From Octopus bimaculoides (taxonomy: Eukaryota), in assembly GCF_001194135.2 (NCBI RefSeq), contig NC_068990.1, forward strand, positions 69,418,585 through 69,482,584: DNA of 64,000 bases, read 5' to 3'. Position numbers and translations under genes: made by a program. The notes under the pieces were generated by a model. That model was not told the DNA's origin. It was given only the letters and a program-made list of their open reading frames with translations, and made no database searches. Below are positions 39,286 to 53,030 of this stretch, piece after piece. Numbering within the stretch: position 1 is the first letter of the stretch; every line of letters begins with the position of its first letter.

Positions 39286-41124
39286 CGTATGTGTATTTCG
39301 TGTGCAAGATTCTTGATGTGGATACGTGTGTTGAAAGAAATATAATTAAACCTTGGGAGAGGCATTATGCTNNNNNNNNNNNNNNNNNNNNNNNNNNNNN
39401 NNNNNNNNNNNNNNNNNNNNNNNNNNNNNNNNNNNNNNNNNNNNNNNNNNNNNNNNNNNNNNNNNNNNNNNNNNNNNNNNNNNNNNNNNNNNNNNNNNNN
39501 NNNNNNNNNNNNNNNNNNNNNNNNNNNNNNNNNNNNNNNNNNNNNNNNNNNNNNNNNNNNNNNNNNNNNNNNNNNNNNNNNNNNNNNNNNNNNNNNNNNN
39601 NNNNNNNNNNNNNNNNNNNNNNNNNNNNNNNNNNNNNNNNNNNNNNNNNNNNNNNNNNNNNNNNNNNNNNNNNNNNNNNNNNNNNNNNNNNNNNNNNNNN
39701 NNNNNNNNNNNNNNNNNNNNNNTATATATATATATATATATATATATTTCGTATGTGTATTTCGTGTGCAAGATTCTTGATGTGGATACGTGTGTTGAAA
39801 GAAATATAATTAAACCTTGGGAGAGGCATTATGCCAGTAATAAACACACGCACTGGTTCAGTCCTTTATTAATTTATAAACAGTATATTTCAGACAAAGG
39901 ACACTACAATATGAAATAATAATAAAGCTGAAGTGAAGTATATAATGCATGTGGCTAAATGGTATAAAAATAAATAAAAAAAAAGACCATCCCAAAATAT
40001 AACAATATGTATATATATTATATATTATTATTTAATATCTGTTTTCCATGGAATTTAACATCCATTTTCCCTACTGGCATGGGTTGGACAGTTTGACTGG
40101 AGCTGGCAGACTAGAGGATTGTGCCCAACTCTGCTATCTGCTTTGGTATGGTTTCTGCAGCTGGATGCCCATCCTAACACCAACTACTTTACAGAGTGTA
40201 TTGGGTGTTTTTTAACGTAGCACCAGCACTGAAAGGGTCACAAAATAACATGCAAGAGAAAGACCCCTCAACTGAGAAGGGAAGTGATATTGCAGGAGGT
40301 GGCTTTGTGCTGGGTTATGAGTGATTAAAATGCATAATAGAGGGACAGAGAGAGGTGTCTTGCTGTAGAGGAGATACACAACTACTTCAGAGAGAGAGGA
40401 TGGTGGTGAAGATGTGCCAGGGCATATCCTCAAGGTACAAGGAAATGAATATAAGCAGGGTGGAAGAGGAATGCAGTGAGTAGTAAGGCACTGGTATACT
40501 GGGGAGTGGCATCATAGTCATGATACACTTGGCAGGGAGAGGACAGGAGAAAAGCTAATATTTCTTCCTGCTCTATACATTCTGAGTTCAAAAGTCACTC
40601 ACCTAGGTCGACTTTGCTTCTTAATTTCTCTGGGATTGATAGAATAGAGTACCAGTCAAGTACTGAAGTTGCTGGATGAGAATGATGATGATGATCATCA
40701 TTATTACTGTCTCAAGTCCTAGGACTGATAGGATTGATTGCCCACTTTCCATAGTGTATACTTGACTTGATATCATGTCCTTCTCCTGTAAAGGATGCCA
40801 GTTTTTCACAGGATTTACTCATTTACAGCTGAGTAGACTGGAGCAACGTAAAATGAAGTGTTTTGCCAAAGAAGACGATATACTTTTTGGTCCAGGAATT
40901 GAAACCATGATCTTTCAATCATGAATGCAACACCCTGACCACTCAGCCACATACATTCACTAACCCCACCCCTCAAAATTGTTGGCCTTGTGCCTAAATC
41001 GGAAAACATTATCTAAATCCAAAATATTTCAAAAATTACATTTTGATATTCTTTTTAATTCTAATGTAATTCTTGTTCTCTTTACTTTTTCTTTTTTTTT
41101 CTTTTTTTGCTTTATTTATTTTAG

Positions 41125-41315
41125 AGAGAAATCTTTGTTCATCTCAGGGACTAATCTGTTGTCTCTTGGCTTGACTAAATTAAAACATATCCTCAATGGC
41201 AATGTGGTCATCAATGGAAATAAGAAGCTGTGTTATGCTGAGACCATAGCGTTCGGGTCAATATTTATTACTCCTGGCCAGAAAGAGTATGTGTTTGATA
41301 ATAGTGATACATGTG
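41125..41315 (+). CDS. EGFR: EGFR exon: end of L2
   Basis: tttag acceptor, gtaag donor; phase 2/1; EKSLFISGTNLLSLGLTKLKHILNGNVVINGNKKLCYAETI...DTC. Confidence 0.93.
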
Positions 41316-41363
41316 GTAAGATTTCATTTTGAGCATAATTATAATTAACTATATGTATTAATG

Positions 41364-41415
<52 letters not shown>

Positions 41416-41490
41416 ATGTGTATATGCATGTATGTATGTGTATATATATGTATGTATGTGCATATTTATGTATGTATGTATATGTATGTA

Positions 41491-42490
41491 CAGAGGTTGG
41501 ACAAAATAATGGAAACACCTTAAAATTTCAAACAAAGTTATTTTAATAGGGGTAGGACCGCCTTTGTAAATGTTCAATAATACTGAGATCTGGGGACCGT
41601 GGTGGCCAGATAAGATGTTCAACTTCACTAGAATGTTCCTCGTGCCATTCAGCAACAACTTTAGCTGTATGAATTGGTGCATTATCATCCTGAAAGATTG
41701 CGTTTCCCTCCAGAAACAGTTCTGCAGCCATAGGATGAATTTAATCAGATAAAATGCTTAAATAGTCTTGTCTGTTAATTCTGCCATGAAGGGAAACCAT
41801 TAGGCTGGCGGATTTCCAAGATATAGCCCCCCCACCCCCGATCATCACAGTTCTTCCTCCATGTTTAATAGTTGGAAGAAGGTAGTCTGGGTCAGATGCT
41901 TCTTTTGGCTGTCTCCACACGTATACTTGGCTGGTGGTCAGAAATAAGGTAAAGGATGACTCATCCAAGAAAATAACATTCTTCCACTGCTCTAGGGACC
42001 AATTCTGTAGGTTTTTACTCCACTCTAAACACTTTGCAATGTTTGTTTTTAAAAGTAGTGGTTCTCCAATTGCAGCCCTCCCATGAAATCTGGCTTTGTG
42101 CAGATTTTGTGGAACAGTTTTTGTGGAACAGTTTTTGTGGAAACTGGGCTCTGGAGGTGGTCATTAATCTCTGCAGTAATTTTGGAAGCTTTACTTTTGT
42201 GATCCTTTCTAACAATTTGTGATCCTTTCTAACAATTTGTGATCCTTTCTAACAATTTTGGTTTTCTTCCAGAGTTTTGTTTTGATGAGGAGGTTTTTCC
42301 CTCTTTCTCAAAGGCTGTCATTACTTTTGAGACAGTACTTCTTGATACATCAAACATTTTGGCTGGTTTTATTACACTAGTGCCTACCATACAAGCACCA
42401 ACAATTTGACCTCTGTGAAAGGCCGATACATCTGTTGTTGTTTTTTCATTATCTTGTTTTATTTTTCAATAAATAACTTAAGAAAAAAAC
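41491..42490 (-). mobile_element. Tc1 transposon, one end missing and C-terminus internally deleted
   Basis: RGQIVGA...SGRKPKL; DESSF; HGGRTVM; FQDDNAPIH; WPPRSPDLSIIEHL joined directly to KGGPTPY*; single terminus TA-CAGAGGTTGGACAAAATAATGGAAACACC. Confidence 0.9.
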
Positions 42491-42529
42491 TTTGTATATA
42501 AAAATAAACCCTGTAATTTTCTTCTTCAG

Positions 42530-42729
42530 GAAATAAGACATGTGATCCTCAATGCAAGAATGGATGTTGGGGTGCTGGTCCTAAACAATGCTTAAGCTGC
42601 GCCAATTACTGTATTAAGAAAATAAATCTTTGTGTTGCTTCTTGCTTCAGTGTGCCATTACATTACGATGCTGGCAAGAAAATCTGCAAGAAATGCCATT
42701 CACAATGTGCAAACAATTGCATTGGACCT
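42530..42729 (+). CDS. EGFR: EGFR exon: membrane-proximal Cys-rich region
   Basis: ttcag acceptor, gtgag donor; phase 1/0; NKTCDPQCKNGCWGAGPKQCLSC...CHSQCANNCIGP. Confidence 0.94.
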
Positions 42730-42844
42730 GTGAGTGTATTTCAATTATTATCATTATTATTATAATTATTATTATCATCATCATCAATTTCATCATCATC
42801 ATCATCATCATTTTGATTTGGCTCAGGTTCAATCTTATTCCAGG

Positions 42845-43515
42845 TAGGATTTAGGTGGGTAGCAGGTTACTACCTGAAACCTTAGGTATCCACAAATTTT
42901 CAGCAGTCTTTCAAGTGCTTAGAATCCTCCTGATAATCCTTGCTGTCCCTAAGAAACTTTCTGTAGGAGCTCTACTGGGTGGCATTCTATTTCAATCTCC
43001 TTCATGTATTTATCTATATATATCTATATTTTTACTGTTCCCAATGCACCAATTATTATAAGGACAGCCTTTACTGTTCACATGCTCCAAATTCTTCCTA
43101 TTTCAAAATTTAAAGAATTGTATTTTTTTCTTTTCTTTCCTCTTTCTTTGCGTTCCTGGAATCAAACAGGCATGATGGGTCAATAAGTAAGCAATTTCAC
43201 TTTTCCTTATCTATAATTGTAATGTCTGGTCTATTACTTTCTAACTTCATGTCCATTTCAATAGGAAAGTCCCACAAAATCTTACATTTCTCCAACTCCA
43301 GCACTCTTTTGACTCAATGATTGTACCATGTGTTTCTTGCTTCAAATCTCCATATCTGGCACAGTTTCCAGTGTAAAATTTTTACAACCTGGTCATACTT
43401 CAATTTCTTATATTTTTCCTGTGCCAACTTGGAGCATTCTCCCACAGTGTGTGCCACTGTCTCATTCCACATTCCACAGGCTCTACATTTTTCTGACACA
43501 TTCTGTCCATATATA
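42845..43515 (-). mobile_element. Old R4/Dong-like fragment (CCHC plus endonuclease region)
   Basis: KCRACGMWNETVAHTVGECSKLAQ...LHWKLC...WYNH, then degenerate WDFPIEMD and IGALG-like sequence. Confidence 0.75.
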
Positions 43516-43556
43516 TTTTTACTTTAGTTGTTTGTTTTTATATTATTATTATATAA

Positions 43557-45000
43557 CTGTTCAGCATTTGGTAGATTGAGGCAAATTTCTACTGCATCAC
43601 CTGCTGTGTTTCTGGGGTGTGTGCAGCATTGTGTGTTCTTTTCTGCTGTTGGGAGTGTGCAAACTCTTCCCAGTACTGTATTATGTTTTTTTCCCTCTTG
43701 AGGTGTGGTGCAGTCTTTCGTTGTGTTACTGCTTGTATTATGTGTTGAGTGTGTAATGCATTGGTTATCTTGCTGGTTGAAGTTTATTTCACAAGGTGAT
43801 TGTTGTATAGAGTGTGTCCTTGTATTTGTGGGTTGTTTTGTTTAGGTTGCATTATTGGCTTGATAGTGTCTTGTGTAGGATGTAGGCTGTTCCTAGCAGG
43901 GCTATTTTTTGCACAATGTGTAGTATTGAGGATCCAGATATAGCTTCTATGTTTTTTTTTTGTCATGCCCAATACTTCAATTATTATTGGTATTGTTTTT
44001 ACTTTCATGCCCCACATTTTGAATACTTCAATCTAAAGGTCTTTGTTCTTTGACAATTTCTCCACTTCTTTTTTGATAATATTTTGATCAGAAGGGACTG
44101 CAATGTCTATCAGTAAGCAGGTGTTTTTTTCCCAATACTTGATTATTGCCTGGGCAGTTGGCTTTTATTTCTTTATCGGTTTGAACCAGCATATCCCAGA
44201 TGATTGTGGTCTGGTTGTTGTCTTGTATCTTGTTTGGCACATGTTTATACCATCTATTGTCAGCTTTAATGTTGTAATGTCGGTATATTGTCCAGTGGAT
44301 ATAACTGCTTACTTTGTTGTGTCTGTATATATATTCAGACTTGGCAAGGACTGGGCAGCCCGAGATGATGTGATCAACTGTTTCATTGTGCTGATTGCAC
44401 ATTCTGCATTTTGTGTTGGGGCCTGTTTTCATTATTTTGTTTTTATAATTGTTTGTAGTCAGGCATTGGTCTTGCGCAGCGAAAACTAGCCCTTCCATTT
44501 CAGCTTTTAGTCCAGGGCTTTTGAGCCATTGTTGGCTTTTAGTTAAGTTCACTTACTCTCTGTCAACACTTGCAGGATATTGGCCATGGAGTGATTTTTC
44601 TCTCCATTTTTTTGTCAGTATCTTTTGTAATTCTGTTTCCATGTTGTTTTTATCTCTTTGACCATTTCTGCCATGTTGTCATCTGAGGTCAATGATTCAG
44701 TGTGGTTTGCTTCTATTTTGTATTTTATTGCCTCCTTGTGTATAGAGAAAAGTGTTTTCTTTTTCTTGTGTTGCTTTACTACATGCAGTAGTCTTCCCCT
44801 CTTTGTTTCTAAGTACTTTCCTAGTCCAACTGTTGTTATTTTATAGTAGTTCTCTATCTGTATCAGGCCACAACCCACTTCTGAGCAGGATAGATATATT
44901 TTGTCTGTGTCTGCTTTGGGATGGTGACTTCGGTACACTGTTAGTAGTTTTCTGGTTTTTCTATCCAAGTTTCTCAATTCACTGATCTGGTTTATTATGT
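43557..45000 (-). mobile_element. 5'-truncated R4/Dong-like element (post-RT, CCHC, endonuclease, 3' UTR)
   Basis: LDRKTRKLL...HHPKAD; AAQDQCL...CRMC...ETVDHIISGCPVLA...RH; IIWDM...EIKANCP; KTIPIII; (AAT)n on both flanks. Confidence 0.88.
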
Positions 45001-45017
45001 TAAAGCTGTTGTTGTTA

Positions 45018-45051
<34 letters not shown>

Positions 45052-45113
45052 GGTGATGGTGATAATGATGATAATCATCATCATTACTACTACTACTGCT
45101 ATTACTGCTGCTG

Positions 45114-45157
<44 letters not shown>

Positions 45158-45599
45158 GCTACTACTACTACTACTCAGTCTATCAAAATTCTAGTTGTAT
45201 AAAATGAGTCTCCTGATTGAAAACAAAAAGGTCTAGTGTTCAAATCAATATTTAATCCAACTACACATATCTACAGTCACTGGTTTTTAGCACTGATAAT
45301 TTCCAATAGATATCACTCCTTTGAAGCTTTGTGTCTTAGGTAACCATTAGTAGCTTGGCCTTTCATACCAAGCTCTTCTTCAAATACTTTGATAGACTCT
45401 CCCATTTTATGGCACCTCCTCTATTATTACTGGACATTTGTACAATATCAATTCATTGACATTTACTGTAAGTCACACCCAGGCTGTTATTATAATCAAC
45501 AATAGAGGTCTCACTGCAAAATATTCATCAGAGTGAAGCCATAATCACGGAAGATTCTTTACCTCCAGAGACTATATCTAACACCATAAACCAAGTCCC

Positions 45600-46010
45600 T
45601 ACATTGAACTCTAGCTGAGACCATGTGCAAACAAGACCTGAACAAGCTCAAGGTGTTCCAAATGCAGTGTCTTTGTCAAATCCTTGGTGTCTCTCTATGT
45701 GACCCAATCTCAAACAGCTACAGCCAATCATTGAAACAGCATCAGCCAATCATTGAAGACCAAGTCTGGCAGTGCAGACTACATTGGCCACATCTGCAGG
45801 ATGAGTACCAGGAAGACTACTACACCAACTTTTGTGGTGTCAGCTACCCACACGTTAGAGAATCCAGTGTAGTGCACCAAAGAACACGTGGGTGAAACAA
45901 ATTAAGGAAGACCTGAAGTCGCAGTGCCTCAACCTTGGGCATGCTAAGGCCAACACCATCGATAGGAAAGCATAGAATAACAACATTACCAAAGTCCATC
46001 ATCCATGAGC
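45600..46010 (+). mobile_element. RTE-like LINE C-terminal fragment
   Basis: DLNKLKVFQMQCLCQILGVSL...RLHW...APKNTWVKQIKEDL. Confidence 0.65.
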
Positions 46011-46506
46011 ACCCACAGCAATGTATTGGTTGAGAAGATAACCTCCCCTTCTAGTCACCTGCTATGTAATAAAAAAAGAATGAAGAAATCTGTCTTTAAC
46101 CCTTTTATTACTATATTTCTGTTGAAATACATTACCTTTGTTTCAATTAATTTTGAAAATAATGACGGATTTAGTAACATAACCTTGTTATTAATAAGAT
46201 AGTGTAAAACACCCAAACAGCAGTAGAAAGGATTATTACAGTAGTGTCTGGAAAAAAAATTAACTTCAAATTTTGATAGTATATTTTAATTCAGATGAGT
46301 TTAAAACAGGAGGTTTGTATCATAGAAACAGGGATACTCTCTGGTGAGTTGATATCAAAAGCGCTAAATAGAAATGATCATGTGACCAACAAGTGAAGTC
46401 ACATGATAACAAATATGTGAAATATGTAACCTCAAAACAATATCAATATTATATATAGTTTCTTACAAGGCTTAATGTTGTAATATTTTCTTTTTATTGA
46501 TTACAG

Positions 46507-46634
46507 AAAGAAAATGACTGCGATAGCTGTTTAAAAGTGCAATATGGCCCCAACTGCATTGATAAATGTCCTCTGAACATGTTTCCAAACCAGAAAAAGA
46601 TCTGCCAACAGTGCCATAAGGATTGTGATTCCGG
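46507..46634 (+). CDS. EGFR: EGFR exon: furin-like repeat
   Basis: tacag acceptor, gtatct donor; phase 0/2; KENDCDSCLKVQYGPNCIDKCPLNMFPNQKKICQQCHKDCDSG. Confidence 0.92.
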
Positions 46635-49009
46635 GTATCTCAACAATTTTGTTTAATTCAGCTTTTAACAAATATAGATAATTATTATAGGTGCAGACAT
46701 GGCTGTGTGATAAGAAGTTTGTTTCCCAACCACATGGTTGTGAATCCAGTCCCATTGCATGGCACCTTGCACAAGTGTCTTCTACTATAGCTTCAAGTCG
46801 ATCAAAGCCTTGTGAGTGGATTTGATAAACAGAAAATGAAAGAAGCCTTGTGTGTCCCTCAACCACTTGTTAACCAGTGGTGGTGTGTTTACATTCCTGT
46901 AACTTAACTGTTCATTCAAAAGAATAAGTACCAGGCTTGGTAAAAAAAAATTAATGGTGTCAGTACATTTGACTAAAATTCTTCAAGGCAGTGCCCCAGC
47001 ATGGCCACAATCAAACAACTGAAACAAGTAAAATATAAAACATAAAAGATAAAAATTATTACCAACTGGAAATGCATGCACATACCACATGTATGCATGC
47101 AAACACATACACACAGAGGTTACACAAACATGCACACATGCCCACGTACAAGTCCACACATGCCCACGTACAAGTCCACACATGCCCACGTACAAGTCCA
47201 CACACATAATACATACAGACACATACAAATGGATACACATGTATGCGTATATACACATAAATATTATTTTGAAATGCTTTAATTGAGGAAGGTTTATGTA
47301 ATCATTGCATAAACTTCCCTCAGTTCAAGCATTATATTGTAATGGATGCATTTCCTTATTATATATTACTAGCAGGCTCTGTGCCATAAAAAGGACGGCT
47401 AATTGTAGTGTTTTATATATAAAGAAGATATAAAATAAGGTACATAATAATCACAGATACAAACATACACATACTTCCCTTGTACATGCACGCACATACA
47501 CACATATACACAAACAGAGTTGAAATGCTGATTTTTTTCACCCCTTTCTTCCTTAGTCATCTATCACCCTTTCCTTTCTCCATTGCTATTACTTTCTCTC
47601 ACTATCTCTCAGTCAGAGCTATTACTCTCACTACTTCTCCTTCACTGAATTACTATTTTCTCCCCTCTCCCTTCAATTATACTATTCTTTCTCCTACTCT
47701 GTGATTTTGGACAAATATATATATATGTATGTATATATATATATATATATATATNNNNNNNNNNNNNNNNNNNNNNNNNNNNNNNNNNNNNNNNNNNNNN
47801 NNNNNNNNNNNNNNNNNNNNNNNNNNNNNNNNNNNNNNNNNNNNNNNNNNNNNNNNNNNNNNNNNNNNNNNNNNNNNNNNNNNNNNNNNNNNNNNNNNNN
47901 NNNNNNNNNNNNNNNNNNNNNNNNNNNNNNNNNNNNNNNNNNNNNNNNNNNNNNNNNNNNNNNNNNNNNNNNNNNNNNNNNNNNNNNNNNNNNNNNNNNN
48001 NNNNNNNNNNNNNNNNNNNNNNNNNNNNNNNNNNNNNNNNNNNNNNNNNNNNNNNNNNNNNNNNNNNNNNNNNNNNNNNNNNNNNNNNNNNNNNNNNNNN
48101 NNNNNNNNNNNNNNNNNNNNNNNNNNNNNNNNNNNNNNNNNNNNNNNNNNNNNNNNNNNNNNNNNNNNNNNNNNNNNNNNNNNNNNNNNNNNNNNNNNNN
48201 NNNNNNNNNNNNNNNNNNNNNNNNNNNNNNNNNNNNNNNNNNNNNNNNNNNNNNNNNNNNNNNNNNNNNNNNNNNNNNNNNNNNNNNNNNNNNNNNNNNN
48301 NNNNNNNNNNNNNNNNNNNNNNNNNNNNNNNNNNNNNNNNNNNNNNNNNNNNNNNNNNNNNNNNNNNNNNNNNNNNNNNNNNNNNNNNNNNAAATATATA
48401 AAAAATACTATGCTCATTAATATATTAGGAGATGCAAATCTGAAACACACGTATTAAATGCTTTCAAAATATCACTATTTGGTTTGACTTCATTATTAAA
48501 CTACATCATACATACATACATACATACATATATACATACATACATACATACACAAACAAATGCACATGCATGCATACATGCATACATATTTGCTCTCACA
48601 CATAAATGCACATATATGCACAGGCTAACCAAAGTCTTGAGTGGATTTGGTAGGCAGAAAGTGAAAGAAACCTGTTGTATATACATAAGCTCACCACCTT
48701 ACAAACCATTAATATCAAGTATATAAAGACAGCAAGCTAGCAGAATCTTTAACACATTTGGACAAAATGCCTTACTACATTTCCAATTCTTTATACTGAG
48801 ATAAAATGCTGCCAAGGTTGGTTTTGTTTTTCATCCTTTCAGGAGTGATAAAATAAAGTACCAGTCAAGTACTGGGACTGATGCTATCAATTTACCCCAC
48901 ACCCTTCAAAATTGCTGGCTGTGTGTGAAAATTAGAAAAAAAGTTCTAATTATTAATTACAATTATTTGTTATTCTCTATTAAATTTTTTAATATATTTT
49001 CTTTTCAAG

Positions 49010-49181
49010 ATGCTCTGGCCCAAGTTATGAACTAAAAAATGGTGGCTGCCATAGCTGTGCTATTGGACTTCAGCAAACTGATGGCAGAGTTTTATGTTTC
49101 ACAAAGGAGAGTTTTGAATGTCCTGATGATTTCCATAGAAATTACAAGGAGGATAAAATGCCACAAATGAAAGGAAAAATT
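49010..49181 (+). CDS. EGFR: EGFR exon: furin-like repeat
   Basis: tcaag acceptor, gtaatt donor; phase 2/0; CSGPSYELKNGGCHSCAIG...ECPDDFHRNYKEDKMPQMKGKI. Confidence 0.88.
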
Positions 49182-49759
49182 GTAATTTTTACTTTTAATT
49201 TACTTTTAGCTTCACAAAAAATTTTCTAATTTGTATTTGACTGTTTCTAACCTTATCTAATTTGTTGAAGAGTGAGTCAAATTATAGCCTTGAGGCACAT
49301 ATGTGATTGTGTGGTTAAGAAGTTAGCTTCTCAACCACATGATTCCAGGTTCAGTCCCACTGCATGACACCGTGGACAATTGACTTATACTATAGCCCTT
49401 GGCAAACCTAACCTTTCTGAGTGGATTTGAAGAAGTTCACATCATCGTCATCATCATCATCGTCATCATCATCATTTAACGTCTGCTTTCCATGCTGGCA
49501 TGAGTTAGATGACTTGACTAGTAAGCTAGAGAGCTACATGGGTTCCAGTCTGAATTTGGCTTGGTATCTATAGCTGACTGCCTTTCCTAATGCCAAACAC
49601 TCTGAGAGTGTAGTGAGTGCCTTTAACGTGTCACTGGCATGTGTGTTTTTATGTGTCACTGGCACAAGTGCTTTTACATGTCACCAGCACAGATGTTGTA
49701 ATGTGTCACTGATACCAGCCACAACTATGATTTCACCTGGCTATACATATATATATATA

Positions 49760-50060
49760 TATATATATCGTTGCCAGTGCCCCTGGACTGGCTCTTGTGC
49801 GGGTAGCACATAAAATACACCATTTTGAGCGTGGCCGTTGCCAGTACCGCCTGACTGGCCTTCGTGCGGGTGACACGTAAAAGCACCCACTACACTCTCT
49901 GAGTGGTTGGCGTTAGGAAGGGCATCCAGCTGTAGAAACTCTGCCAAATCAGATTGGAGGCTGGTGTTGCCATCCGGTTTCACCAGTCCTCAGTCAAATC
50001 GTCCAACCCATGCTAGCATGGAAAGCGGATGTTAAACGAGGATGATGATGATGATGATGA
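49760..50060 (+). mobile_element. SINE-like family C (my label): core tggttggcgttaggaagggcatccagctgtagaaac, (GAT)n tail
   Basis: Approximate further copies: 7830-8030, 12630-12850(-), 14440-14640, 27400-27590, 32930-33220, 36990-37200(-), 40050-40260(-), 49475-49735(-), 51540-51690, 58065-58270(-). Confidence 0.75.
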
Positions 50061-51405
50061 TGTTCTTATTCTGTTATGTGTTTCAGCCCTAAGGCTGAGG
50101 CCAGTCAATTGAAATAAACAAACAATGCAAATTAACAGATAAAAAAAAACCAAAAAAAGAAAGAAAAACAATGAACATGAGGATGTACATAAGAAGTACA
50201 TTAGTTTGACACTTGGTAAAAAGAAGAAAGTTTAACGTTTTGAGCATAGCTCTTTGTCAGAATGGAGAAAGGAAAAAGTCCAAAGAAGGAGGAGAAGAAG
50301 AAATTGCCAATTGACCACATGTAGTAATGTATGTATGAATGTATATATGCATATATGTATGTATACATACATGCATGCATGTATGTATTAACTGGCACTC
50401 TATCAGCTATGACAACAAAGATTCCAGTTTTCTAGTTGATCTGTTCAATAGAACAGCCTGCTTATGAATTAACATACACGTGGTTGATCACTCCACAGAC
50501 ACACATACTCTCAGCATAGTACTCAGGGAGACTCGGAATGACACAGAATGTGACAAGGCTGGTCTTTTGAAATACAGCTACTACTTATTTTTGCCGGCTG
50601 GGTGGACTGGAGCAATGTGAAATAAAGTGTCTTGCTCAATGATACAATGCACCACCAAGAATTGAACTCACCACCTTACGATCATGAGTTGGATAAACTA
50701 ACCACTGCCTTCACATATATGTGTATATAATATATCGTCAGTAGTTCATATACCTAAAAAAGAAACATACTCTAAAGTATTAGAGCCATAATATATTTTT
50801 GAGGAAGTTAAAAGTTATGGCCAGCCATAGAGTGACCATTGATTTTGCACCTATAAAACGATTAGCAGTAGAGGCAACTTGTCAGACTAAAAGACAAAAA
50901 ATGGCCTTCAGCCATTTAAGTAAGACAAGTCACCTATACTGCTAAGTGCTTTATAGTTGTGAAACCAATGGTCACTTTATGACCAGCCACAACTTCTAAC
51001 TTCTTAAAAACCGTATATATATNNNNNNNNNNNNNNNNNNNNNNNNNNNNNNNNNNNNNNNNNNNNNNNNNNNNNNNNNNNNNNNNNNNNNNNNNNNNNN
51101 NNNNNNNNNNNNNNNNNNNNNNNNNNNNNNNNNNNNNNNNNNNNNNNNNNNNNNNNNNNNNNNNNNNNNNNNNNNNNNNNNNNNNNNNTGGGATTCTCAG
51201 CTTTTTTAGCTGCTATTTCTGAACTTCGGTATATGGTGAAGCAAATATTTGCTGATCCCTTAATTATATTTATAAATATATATGAGCTTTTAAATAAGTT
51301 CTCCACCAATAATGGTGCTTTCATACCGATGGGCTTGGTAAAAATTGTTAATTGTTAATTGATTTATTAATTAATAAATTGATAATCCTTTACCCTTTTA
51401 ATTTG

Positions 51406-51459
<54 letters not shown>

Positions 51460-51795
51460 ATCTACATAGGTGTGTTAGTTTGTGTCTCCTTGTTATGATA
51501 TTGCATTGCAATTATAAGTGTTAGTTATTTCCACCATTCTACAAACGTCTGGCCATTCAGAAATGTTTCCTTGCTTGGAAGCAATTAAGGGTTGGCAGCA
51601 GGAACATCACCCAGCTGTAGTAAATCTGCCTGTTATTTCCATCAGGTTCATGCAAGCATTGGAAAAGTGAACGTTAAAATGATGATGATTACTAAAACAA
51701 TTTCTGATTTTTGAATTCTCTTAATTAATTCTTTTAATCAATGTGCAATGTTCTTTCATTCTTGCAAAACTGAAAAAATTTCTTTTTGTCTACAG

Positions 51796-52047
51796 TTATG
51801 TGTTCCTTGTCATGAAGAATGCAAATCGTGTTATGGCAAAGGGAATTATTCCTGCATAAGCTGTCGCAACTTTAAGATGCATCCATACTGCACAAGCAAA
51901 TGTCCAAGTAACTATTTTAGCGATAGAGAACAGAAGAAATGTATTAAATGCCACAACGAGTGTTTGAATGAATGTTTTGGTTCGACATCATCTGACTGTA
52001 CTGCCTGTCGCAACTTCAAGACTTATTTAAGCAGCAATCGAACTGCG
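51796..52047 (+). CDS. EGFR: EGFR exon: two further furin-like repeats
   Basis: tacag acceptor, gtaggg donor; phase 0/0; LCVPCHEECKSCYGKG...CHNECLNECFGSTSSDCTACRNFKTYLSSNRTA. Confidence 0.92.
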
Positions 52048-52813
52048 GTAGGGTGTTCACTTTCACTTTACATTTGATGTTTCAGCATTATTGTTTATGT
52101 GTCTACTTTGCATAAGTTAAATGATTTAGAAAATTTGACCTTAACATTAAAACACACACACACAAAAAAAACGATAATAATAAATGAGTGGAAATTGAAC
52201 CAGTGAGTGTCTTAGATATTAAGGCAGTATGACTCTTCCCAAACACAACAAAATTATTATATAGATATCTCATTATTTTATGAGTTAAATTTTTGAAGTA
52301 TTTAATTAAATATTATTAAATGATTTATGAATCATTTAGCCTACACCAAAGTGTAGCTTTCAGCTCTCAGTAAAAGCCAATTAATTTTAGCATGATAATA
52401 TCTACAAATTAAAGTTAAGTGTGTGTGTGTGTGTGTGAAAGAGAGAGAGAGAGAATGTTTGCATTTACACTTTCGTGAAAAATTACTGAGCCTCAACGGT
52501 GACCTCCATTTATGTTTCAAGGCACCGACCTTTCAAATTAAAGTGAAATGAAAACTTTACATGAAAACCGGGAAGGACATCTAGTTGTAAAATATAGCCT
52601 CAATTATACATCTTCATCTCAACCATGCTAGCATGAAAAAATGGCATTAAACAGATGAGCAAAAGGACATAGTTTTCTAATTTTGTTATTATTCGCTGTA
52701 TAATTCATAATTATTGTGCAAACTATAGTGAAGTTGTTTACTTAACTTTTTTTTCCCAATACTGATTCATGTTCCAGTCTAAAACATCATTCTTCTCATT
52801 TCAAATTTATGTA

Positions 52814-53030
52814 TGAGGGGGTGCTGGAAAGTTCCTAGCTTTTGGTAAAAGTAAATACAGGAGGATCAGCTAATGATGATTTTATTCAACATATTCCCCT
52901 CTCAGATTCACACACTAATTGCAGCAGTCCTTCAATTTTTCTAAGTCCTGTAAAAGAACTCAGAAGGTTGGGCCTCCAACCAGGCCTTTCACAATACCCT
53001 TAAAGCTAGGAACTTTTCAGCACCCACTCA
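52814..53030 (-). mobile_element. Mariner-derived MITE, copy 2
   Basis: TIRs TGAGGGGGTGCTGGAAAGTTCCTAGCTTT and AAAGCTAGGAACTTTTCAGCACCCACTCA, TA flanks; colinear with 22205-22419. Confidence 0.85.

Noticed and set aside
39283-39834. Identical 88-bp repeat on both sides of an N-gap
   Set aside because: It is the typical signature of unmerged contig overlap at a (TA)n tract, so likely an assembly artefact.
47135-47203. 22-bp x3 repeat, plus 16-bp repeats at 2657-2715 and a 45-bp duplication at 55625-55715; CRISPR-like spacing considered
   Set aside because: These are head-to-tail slippage repeats without unique spacers, in a eukaryotic intron.
29815-51188. Possible EGFR exons hidden in the N-gaps at 29815-30587, 33313-33722, 39372-39722, 47755-48390 and 51023-51188
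   Set aside because: Flanking exons join in phase and give continuous domains; only optional exons remain possible.
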